A stretch of DNA of 32,102 bases, taken from positions 1-32,102 of IMG/VR virus record IMGVR_UViG_3300048578_000396; one strand, written 5' to 3'. Positions 25,265-32,102 of this stretch are shown piece after piece. The stretch's first letter is position 1. Each line of letters starts with the position of its first letter. Below the pieces are notes generated by a model. That model made no database searches. It was not told the origin of the DNA and saw only the letters and a program-made list of their open reading frames with translations. The position numbers were made by a program, and so were the translations under genes. The stretch is from a virus. Its lineage: Duplodnaviria > Caudoviricetes.

Positions 25265-25587
25265 ACGCCCATGTTGACTTCATCGACCGCGAGAAGCGGG
25301 TCGTGTGGGTCTCCTATGTGGGACGGGGCGACGAACTCAGGGCGAACCTCGCAGGCTATGCCGTCGATTACGTTCCTTCCTTCTTTCTCGGCAGGGTCGG
25401 GCTCACGTACAGCCGTTCATGCCCCGAGGATCGCGGCGAGGCCGGGCGCTTCTCCGAGGCGGCGGTCACGATCATCAGCATACTCACGATGCGCGCCGGA
25501 ATCACAAAGGGGATGCGGGAGGAGTTCGGCATCTGCCTCCACGAGATCCAGACGGCGCAGAAGAGCGTCATGGAGGCGGCATCATGA
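25261..25587 (+). CDS. Hypothetical protein (108 aa)
   Basis: GTGA coupling, GGAGG RBS. Confidence 0.7.
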   Translation: MNAHVDFIDREKRVVWVSYVGRGDELRANLAGYAVDYVPSFFLGRVGLTYSRSCPEDRGEAGRFSEAAVTIISILTMRAGITKGMREEFGICLHEIQTAQKSVMEAAS

Positions 25588-25850
25588 TGGCCCTGCTTCG
25601 CTCTTTCCCTTCCGTCCGCAGGCTCGAGGACGAACTCGACCGGACGAGGCGGACGCTCGACAGCGCCTGCCGCTACATCGACCAACTCGAAGGGCTAAAG
25701 AGGGATCAGTCCGAACGTATCCAACAGCTCGAGAGTGAGGTAAAAAAGGAACAGGACCGGGCGGCAGAGGCTTTTGTGTCTTGCGCTCGCCTCTCCTGTG
25801 AGAACGACTCCCTCAGGCGCCGCCTCAATAAAACAGGAGGCGAGCGATGA
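25584..25850 (+). CDS. Hypothetical coiled-coil protein (88 aa)
   Basis: GGAGG 7 nt before ATG 25584; coupled to both neighbours; the longer ORF-track start at 25305 overlaps another gene. Confidence 0.7.
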   Translation: MMALLRSFPSVRRLEDELDRTRRTLDSACRYIDQLEGLKRDQSERIQQLESEVKKEQDRAAEAFVSCARLSCENDSLRRRLNKTGGER

Positions 25851-27775
25851 ACGAGCTTTCGACCATTGCCGTCGCCGACGCTCTCGGGACGACGCGGCAG
25901 GCGGTGCTCGCCCGCGCGGGCAAGGAGGGCTGGCTCTACAAGGGAGAGGGCAAGAACCTGCGATGGCTCCCCCGGAGCTTCCCCTCCGAGGTCGTCGCGA
26001 CCCTCATCGGCCGGGGCCTCCTCGTCCCCGAGTCGCCCATGCCGGCAGGGTATCAGGAGAACAAGCTCGACGAATCCCCCTTCCTCGCGGCCCGCGAGAA
26101 GGACAGGGAAACAGCCCAGCTCCGCGCCACGCTCATCGGAATCTATCACGGTATGGGGCTGTCGGTTGTTGACTTCGTCGTCGCGTACAACGCAGGAAGG
26201 GTGAACCCCGCCCTCCTCTCCCGTCTCGGCCCCGCTTCACAGGCTACCTTCTATAGATGGCTGCGGGACTGGGAGGAAGCCGGGCGCTGCCTCTCTGGTC
26301 TCGTTCCGCGATACGCCGAAAGACGCATGAAACAAGGGGCGGGCGCGAGCCTGTCCGACCTCGCCAAGGGCTACGCGGAATGGTTCTACCTGAAGCCCCA
26401 GAAGCCCACGGTCGGCCATGTTTACCGGGAGCTCGAGGGGCTCCGCGACGCGGGGCGGCTCCCCGAGATCCCGAGCTACCAGACCGTCGTCCGCTACCTC
26501 AATGCCCTCCCCCCCACCTACAAGGCCGCGTGGCGCGAAGGTAAGACGAGGTGGGCGGCGGATTTCAATCCCTACATCGAGCGCGACATGAGGCTCTATC
26601 GCCCCATGGATCTCGTGACGAGCGACCACGTCATGATCGACGCGGTAGTCGAGTACCAGGGGAAGCTCATCAGGCCCTGGCTCACGACGGTCCAGGACTT
26701 CCGTTCCGGTCTCGTGCTCGGCATGGCGCCGACCCCCTCCCCGAGCTATCTCTCGATCACGACCTCCCTCGCGATCATGGCCATCCGTTATGGCAAGGCC
26801 AAGATCCTCACCGTGGACAACGGCAAGGACTACCGCGGGCAGTTCCTCAACGGCAAAACCATGCAGTTCCAGACCCTCGACGCGGATGGCTTCCCCGAGG
26901 ATGAGGAGATACATGTCGCGGGCGCCTATCAGGCCTGCGTGGACGAGGTCTCTTTCACGTGGACCTACGCGGGCCAGTCGAAAGGGCGCCACGAGCGCAA
27001 CCACGGGACCTGGCAAGAGTACCTCTCCAAGGAGCTCGGCACCTACGTCGGTTCCAATACCCATGACTGCCCCGAGGAGACGAAGCTCCTCTGGCGGGGC
27101 ACGAAGGCGCTCGAGCAGCGCGGCAAGGTTCCGTCGTGGGAAGAGTTCGTCCGCTTCCTTGCGGGCTTCCTCGACTGGTGGAACGAGTCCTGGCGCGGCC
27201 AGGGAAAGGGCATGGACGGGAGGACTCCGCGGGAGATTTTCACCGAGCTCGCGCCCGAGCCCCGGCCCGTGAGCCGCGAGATTCTCGAGCTCGCCCTCTG
27301 CAAGTCGGACAAGCGCCGTGTGCGGGAGAACGGCGTCATGGTGGATGGCGTCTTTTACTGGTCGGAGGAGCTCCTCCGCTACACGGGGACGGACGTCCTC
27401 GTGAAGAGGCCGCTCGCGGCCCCGGACACTGCCCTCATCTGCGACATCAGGGGAAGCGTCCTTTGCCGCGCCGAGGCGAATTACTTCGCCGAAAGCCCCG
27501 ATACCGCCGCGACCATCGAGCGGCGCAAGAAGGCCGCGAAGTCCAATCTCGAACTCGTCAACGAGCTTTCGAAGGGCCGTATCGAGCCACCGGAAGGGAT
27601 GCGGAGCCTGGGCGAAATGCGCAGGGCATCCCTGCCCGTAGCATCCGAGCCCCTTGCGCTCGCCGCGGGGAGCGAAGCCGACCCCGAGCCGCCACGAGGC
27701 GCCGAGGTTGAGTCACACAAGCGCGCGCAGGAACGCGCCAACGCGATCATCGATCTATTCGGAAAAGAGGAGTAA
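25847..27775 (+). CDS. MuA-like DDE transposase (642 aa)
   Basis: N-terminal HTH domains; catalytic D ('TSDH'), D ('VDNGKD'), E ('GRHERNH'); Mu-transposase C-terminal 'RRVRENGV'. Confidence 0.95.
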   Translation: MNELSTIAVADALGTTRQAVLARAGKEGWLYKGEGKNLRWLPRSFPSEVVATLIGRGLLVPESPMPAGYQENKLDESPFLAAREKDRETAQLRATLIGIYHGMGLSVVDFVVAYNAGRVNPALLSRLGPASQATFYRWLRDWEEAGRCLSGLVPRYAERRMKQGAGASLSDLAKGYAEWFYLKPQKPTVGHVYRELEGLRDAGRLPEIPSYQTVVRYLNALPPTYKAAWREGKTRWAADFNPYIERDMRLYRPMDLVTSDHVMIDAVVEYQGKLIRPWLTTVQDFRSGLVLGMAPTPSPSYLSITTSLAIMAIRYGKAKILTVDNGKDYRGQFLNGKTMQFQTLDADGFPEDEEIHVAGAYQACVDEVSFTWTYAGQSKGRHERNHGTWQEYLSKELGTYVGSNTHDCPEETKLLWRGTKALEQRGKVPSWEEFVRFLAGFLDWWNESWRGQGKGMDGRTPREIFTELAPEPRPVSREILELALCKSDKRRVRENGVMVDGVFYWSEELLRYTGTDVLVKRPLAAPDTALICDIRGSVLCRAEANYFAESPDTAATIERRKKAAKSNLELVNELSKGRIEPPEGMRSLGEMRRASLPVASEPLALAAGSEADPEPPRGAEVESHKRAQERANAIIDLFGKEE

Positions 27776-27781
27776 TCCATC

Positions 27782-28678
27782 ATGGACAAGAATCTCATAG
27801 CCCGGCTCGACGCATACTGCCAGAAATATCACATCTCCATGAACAAGGCCGCGGCTGGCATCGGCTACACGGCGTCTGTCCTCTCGCAGTACAAGAAGGG
27901 CGAGTACAAAGGCGACGTGGGCCAGGTTGAAACCAAGATCCGCACCTGGCTCGAGCTCCAGGAGGCCCGCGAGGAGGCGGGCGTCGTTCCCTTCGTCCCC
28001 CTCCAGAGGACCCAGCGCATCAAGACCGCGGTCCGCGTGGCCCATGAGGAGAAGTTCATCGGCCTCGTCCTTGGGAACTCCGGGGCGGGCAAGAGCCGCG
28101 CCCTCGACGAGTACGCGAGCGAGAACCCGAACACGACGGTCCTCGTGAAGTGTGATCCCACCATGGGGCTCTCGACCATCGTCTCGAACCTCGCGCGCGA
28201 GCTCGGCCTCGACACGAAGGGCAGGGTCTCCGAGATCTCGGACCGCATCGTCTCCGAGCTCCGCAAGCGCGACATGTGCGTGATTTTCGACGAGGCGGAC
28301 TACCTCACCGACCAGGTTCTCGAGTGGGCCCGCATCGTCCTCAACGACAAGGGCGGCGCGGCCCTCGTCTTCGCGGGGCTTCCCCGCTTCGAGTTCAGGG
28401 TGAAGAGCCTCAAGGCCGACCACCGCCAGCTCGAGAATCGTGTAGGGATGATGCTCCACGTGGACGACGTGGGGAGCCAGGATGTGCGCGAGATCCTCGC
28501 CGCGGTCTGGCCCAAACTCGACCTCGAGGTCGCCAAGGTCTTCGAGAAGGCCTCGCGCCAGAGCCTCCACATCCTCGTCAGGCACATCGCCCTCGCCAAG
28601 CGCGTCATGAGGCCGAACGGCCTCGAGCTGCCCACCGCCGACCTCGCTGCCGAGTCGGCCACATTCCTTTTCGCGTAG
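27782..28678 (+). CDS. MuB-like AAA+ transposition ATPase (298 aa)
   Basis: N-terminal HTH; Walker A 'GNSGAGKS'; Walker B 'VIFDEAD'; follows MuA. Confidence 0.95.
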   Translation: MDKNLIARLDAYCQKYHISMNKAAAGIGYTASVLSQYKKGEYKGDVGQVETKIRTWLELQEAREEAGVVPFVPLQRTQRIKTAVRVAHEEKFIGLVLGNSGAGKSRALDEYASENPNTTVLVKCDPTMGLSTIVSNLARELGLDTKGRVSEISDRIVSELRKRDMCVIFDEADYLTDQVLEWARIVLNDKGGAALVFAGLPRFEFRVKSLKADHRQLENRVGMMLHVDDVGSQDVREILAAVWPKLDLEVAKVFEKASRQSLHILVRHIALAKRVMRPNGLELPTADLAAESATFLFA

Positions 28679-28689
28679 AGGTCTGAATC

Positions 28690-29664
28690 ATGGCAAAAGA
28701 TCGCAACACATCAGGCGGAATTCTCGATATGCTCGGCAGCGCCAGCCGCCGGGCCGAGGGAAAGAAGGCCGCGCCCCAGGCGGGGACACTCGAAGCGGAA
28801 ACGCCTAAGGCACCGCGGCAGGACGAACTCCCCGGAACCGAGCTTTCCATCATGGCGGAGAAGCAGGAAGGGCTCCTCGAGCGCGTCCTTTCACGCTCGG
28901 GGACTCCCGGAGACGACGAGGCGAAGAAAGAGCTTGCCGCCCTCCAGGGGGTCCTCACAGGGCTCTCGCAGAAGACCGTGGTCGTCATCTTCGCGATGGG
29001 GAAAATCCTCTCCGAAGTCAAGGAAGCGCTCAATCACGGGGAGTTCATGCCCTGGGTTGAGGCAAATTGTCCATTCTCACGAATGACGACAAGTAGCTAC
29101 ATGCGCGTCTACGAGCGCTACAAGGACGAACCCCGAAAAGCCCTCGAAGAGCTCTCGATCACGGAGGCCTATCTCGAGGCTGGCGTGAAGAAGCTCGCCG
29201 CGCCCGAGGGGGGGGAAGAAATCCACGGGAAGGGAGGAGTCTCCCTCGATGGAGAGCCGAGGCCCGAGGAATTCGCCGGGCTCTTCAAGAAGCCCACGCT
29301 CTCCGGGGCTCTGCTCAAGCACTACCGCGTGGCCCCCTACCAAGACGGGACACTCTACGTCGTCCGGCCGGAGATCGGCGTCATGCCCGTCTGCAACCTC
29401 TTCGTGAACATGGCGATCAACGAACCCGCCTACCAGGCGGCGGTCACGAAAGCTCATCAGAATCTCCAGATCGCGCTCGAGACCTTCTACGCGGCCGTGG
29501 AGGAGCTCGAGGATCAGGGAGCCATCCCAACGCCCTTCGACTCTTCGCGGGGAGCAATGATCAAGCGCATGAGGAACGTCACACCACAGGCCGCGAGCGG
29601 AAAGGTCCAGGCGAAGGCTGGCGGTCATCGCGGTACCACGGCTCGGAAGGGGGGAAGGAAGTGA
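28690..29664 (+). CDS. DUF3102-like protein (324 aa)
   Basis: 'MGKILSEVKEALNHGEFMPWVEANCPFSRMTTSSYMRVY' matches the family pattern. Confidence 0.75.
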   Translation: MAKDRNTSGGILDMLGSASRRAEGKKAAPQAGTLEAETPKAPRQDELPGTELSIMAEKQEGLLERVLSRSGTPGDDEAKKELAALQGVLTGLSQKTVVVIFAMGKILSEVKEALNHGEFMPWVEANCPFSRMTTSSYMRVYERYKDEPRKALEELSITEAYLEAGVKKLAAPEGGEEIHGKGGVSLDGEPRPEEFAGLFKKPTLSGALLKHYRVAPYQDGTLYVVRPEIGVMPVCNLFVNMAINEPAYQAAVTKAHQNLQIALETFYAAVEELEDQGAIPTPFDSSRGAMIKRMRNVTPQAASGKVQAKAGGHRGTTARKGGRK

Positions 29665-29909
29665 AACTCGAGCTCACCGAGGACGGATTCAACGCCCTCA
29701 ACGCGAAGATCGACGAGCTGCAGGACAAGGCTACGGCCGGGATCGTCGATCCCTCTCGCGCCGCGAGCCTTCTGCGCGATGTGAGGCTTGACCTCTTCAG
29801 CCTCGCCCAGCTCATGAAGGCGAAGGTAGTCATCGTAAAGGATGAGGTCAGCACGGGCGCCACGGGGCCCGCGAAAATCGGCACGGAATCCACGCTCGAG
29901 GGAGCGTGA
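29661..29909 (+). CDS. Hypothetical protein (82 aa)
   Basis: GTGA coupling, RBS, typical codon usage. Confidence 0.65.
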   Translation: MKLELTEDGFNALNAKIDELQDKATAGIVDPSRAASLLRDVRLDLFSLAQLMKAKVVIVKDEVSTGATGPAKIGTESTLEGA

Positions 29910-29922
29910 AAGGAGCAAGGAT

Positions 29923-30516
29923 ATGGATGGATATATGAAGGATTCCAAAGGGCGCATGGTCCCCGAGGAGATGGTGAAGCCGATCGACAAGGCGCGCGAC
30001 GAGCTCGTCCGTGACATCCTCAAGAACGCGATGGCAGTGGCCCATGGGCTCGCGCTGTTCAAGGAGAAGGCCCTGGGCGATATGAAGGCCTTCGTCGAGC
30101 TCTCCGCCGAACAGTACGGCGTGAAGATAGGGGGCCAGAAGGGGAACATCACGCTCACGAGCTACGACGGGGAATTCAAGATTCTCCTCGCGGTCGATGA
30201 GCGCATAACCTTCGATGAGCGGCTCCAGGCCGCGAAGGCCCTCATCGACGAGTGCTTCCGCGAGTGGACGAAGGACTCCCCCGCGGAACTCAAGGTCATC
30301 GTCGACGACGCCTTCGCGGTGGACAAGGCTGGCAAGATCAACACGAACCGCGTCCTCGGGCTCAGGCGCCTTTCCATCGAGAACGGGAAGTGGAAGAAGG
30401 CGATGGAAGCCATCTCCGACTCGATCACCGTGACGGAATCGAAAGAGTACATACGAATCTACCGCCGCAATAGCGATGGAGACTACGACCTCATCAACCT
30501 CGACATCGCGGCATAA
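29923..30516 (+). CDS. DUF3164 family protein of Mu-like phages (197 aa)
   Basis: 'GYMKDSKGRMVP', 'KGNITLTSYDG', 'FDERLQAAKALIDEC', 'WKKAMEAISDS'; AGGAG RBS before ATG 29923. Confidence 0.88.
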   Translation: MDGYMKDSKGRMVPEEMVKPIDKARDELVRDILKNAMAVAHGLALFKEKALGDMKAFVELSAEQYGVKIGGQKGNITLTSYDGEFKILLAVDERITFDERLQAAKALIDECFREWTKDSPAELKVIVDDAFAVDKAGKINTNRVLGLRRLSIENGKWKKAMEAISDSITVTESKEYIRIYRRNSDGDYDLINLDIAA

Positions 30517-30584
30517 GAATAGCCCAGGCCGTTCTGGACGTCCGGCCTGGACGCAGCTTGCGGGCCCTCCGGGGCCCGCTTCAC

Positions 30585-30701
30585 GGGGGATAGGGCCGAG
30601 AGTACCAGCCTCGGCGAGGATGAAGCGGCGGAGAGCTTTCGCTCCTTCCATACTGCCTTTCATCTCGTGGCGCCCGGCGGGTTCGAGTCCCGCATCCTCC
30701 A
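30585..30701 (+). ncRNA. tRNA-like RNA (117 nt) with alanine-type acceptor stem and canonical T arm but no anticodon loop
   Basis: GGGGGAT (30585-30591) pairs with ATCCTCC (30694-30700), then A; T arm GCGGG-TTCGAGT-CCCGC (30677-30693). Confidence 0.65.
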
Positions 30702-30720
30702 TAGATAAAAGGAGAGTGTT

Positions 30721-31620
30721 ATGAACGACAAGATGCAGACCGCCCAAGTACTAGAGTTCGCTCGCCTGATGCAGACCGAGTACCGGCCGGAGATCGAGAG
30801 ATTGAATGCGCAGACTGGGCTCGACGAGCCAGGGCTCTGCGTGGATACGCTCGAGCCAATTCTTCAACGAGTGTTCGAGGCGGGTGTCGCCCTCTCTACG
30901 GCGTGGCAGGAAGGAATGGAGCGATACCGAATCGCGCTATCTCGTATCAGTTATTATGTCAATAACAAGTTCGAGCGCGTGCATATTATTCGTGCCTGCG
31001 ACGAAGCTCTCGGACACCCCTCCATCCCCGAGTCCAGTAAGGCAAGGCTCGGCCTCCCTTGCGCTGATCCCACAGATCAGGCCAGGGCTGACGGCGGGCA
31101 TAATGCGCCCGATCCGGACATAGGGGGTAACTCGCACATGCTTGCATGCGCAATCGTTGATTCGGTAATTGTAGCATTTAGTAAGTATGAGCGGTGCCCA
31201 GAACCCGCCCGCCTCGCCCTGACAGAAGCCATCGAGGCTGGGATCGACCAGCACGACCAATTCATCCGCGCCCAGCTCGCCACACAAAAGACAGAGGGCT
31301 CGAGAGAGGAGGACGCGCTACTTGAATTAGTGGAAGATCTTCACCGAGCGATAGACGACATATATGTTGCCATGAATCCTGCTTCTGGTCGGCGGGGGAT
31401 GCTCGGGGTATCGTTCGCTGGGGGTAAGGCCTCAGTTGAGGATTATATCGAGGCAAATATAAAGACATGCGCCGACCTCCGCGCCCAACTCGCTGAGCGG
31501 GCGAGGGAGCATGAGGCACTCGAGAAGATTCGCGGGTGGCGGCCTGGAATAACCTACGGAGGCAAGGTTTTTGATCCACAAGAGATTGCCTCCGAGGCCT
31601 TAAAGGGAGAGGACGCATAA
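30721..31620 (+). CDS. Hypothetical protein (299 aa)
   Basis: AAGGAG RBS; long ORF coupled to gemA (TAATG); more mixed codon usage than neighbours. Confidence 0.75.
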   Translation: MNDKMQTAQVLEFARLMQTEYRPEIERLNAQTGLDEPGLCVDTLEPILQRVFEAGVALSTAWQEGMERYRIALSRISYYVNNKFERVHIIRACDEALGHPSIPESSKARLGLPCADPTDQARADGGHNAPDPDIGGNSHMLACAIVDSVIVAFSKYERCPEPARLALTEAIEAGIDQHDQFIRAQLATQKTEGSREEDALLELVEDLHRAIDDIYVAMNPASGRRGMLGVSFAGGKASVEDYIEANIKTCADLRAQLAERAREHEALEKIRGWRPGITYGGKVFDPQEIASEALKGEDA

Positions 31621-32102
31621 TGTTCCTACGTCGGTCGGAGAAGCTTGCCCTGATTCATCTCGCGCGGAAGGACCGGGCTCTCGACGAGGACGCATATCGC
31701 GGATTGCTCTATGGAGCCGCAGGAGTGGCCAGCGCTGGAAAGATTGACACGGAAGAGCAATTCGAGGCCGTTATGAAGGCCTTTTCGAATCTCGGCTTCG
31801 TTCGTTCTCCAGCGAAATCCAAGCGCCTTCCCGTTCGAAATGAACAGAGGAATAACTACAGTACGGGCCGTCAGCTCTACTACATCAAGGGGCTCTGGGA
31901 ACTTGCGAGCCGTTCGAAAGACGAGAAGAGTCTCCGGGGCATGGTGAAGAGAATAGGCCATGTCGAAGATCTCCGCTTCCTCGCGAATAAGGACGCAACA
32001 GCTCTCATTCTCGCATTGCGCGATATCTGCTGGAAGGCGGGTATGGATCCTGATGGTCCCTCTCCCCGTGTCCCATCCGAAAACAAGGCGGTGAGTTCAT
32101 GA
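31620..32102 (+). CDS. gemA: Mu gp16/GemA (DUF1018) family protein (160 aa)
   Basis: 'LALIHLARKDRALDEDAYRGLL...GVASA...LGF' and 'QLYYIKGLW' family pattern; end of the early operon. Confidence 0.85.
   Translation: MFLRRSEKLALIHLARKDRALDEDAYRGLLYGAAGVASAGKIDTEEQFEAVMKAFSNLGFVRSPAKSKRLPVRNEQRNNYSTGRQLYYIKGLWELASRSKDEKSLRGMVKRIGHVEDLRFLANKDATALILALRDICWKAGMDPDGPSPRVPSENKAVSS

Larger units (their letters stand above)
1..32102. mobile_element. Mu-like transposable prophage (siphovirus-type tail, B3/BcepMu-like divergent layout); ends lie outside the window
   Basis: MuA DDE transposase, MuB ATPase, ner-like, gemA, DUF3486/TerL/DUF935 portal/MuF/protease I/gp36-like genes in Mu-like synteny; no tail sheath or baseplate wedge genes seen. 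Confidence 0.95.

Noticed and set aside
25305-25583. ORF-track N-terminal extensions (25305, 29842, 21153 starts)
   Set aside because: They overlap upstream genes; downstream ATGs at 25584, 29923 and 21087 have RBS or stop-start coupling
30585-30701. Canonical tRNA gene or integration (att) site remnant
   Set aside because: No 7-nt anticodon loop or D-loop consensus; Mu-like phages integrate by transposition and no integrase is present

Overview
The window is almost entirely one Mu-like (DDE-transposase) prophage, GC-rich, with a non-contractile (siphovirus-type) tail. Gene order is the divergent B3/BcepMu type. A central CI-like repressor (23591-24496, -) faces a rightward early operon (ner-like, MuA, MuB, DUF3102, DUF3164, gemA). 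A leftward late region carries lysis genes, terminase, portal, MuF, a DNA methyltransferase, protease/scaffold, decoration and major capsid proteins, neck, tail tube, chaperones, tape measure and a 1647-aa mosaic tail fibre. Neither prophage end nor the Mor/C late activator is in the window. Most notable: (1) an A9G slippery run near the portal 3' end opens, in the -1 frame, without a stop into MuF, predicting a ~912-aa portal-MuF-(LPD3-like nuclease) fusion. (2) No immunity ORF follows MuF; instead a near-consensus sigma70 promoter drives a convergent, structured ~80-nt small RNA (candidate RNA antitoxin). (3) A 117-nt tRNA-like RNA with an alanine-identity acceptor stem (G3-U70, A73) lies in the early operon. 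(4) An 18-bp motif marks the late promoters, and a hairpin would hide the endolysin RBS in read-through transcripts. All family assignments come from motif recognition and gene order, not database searches.
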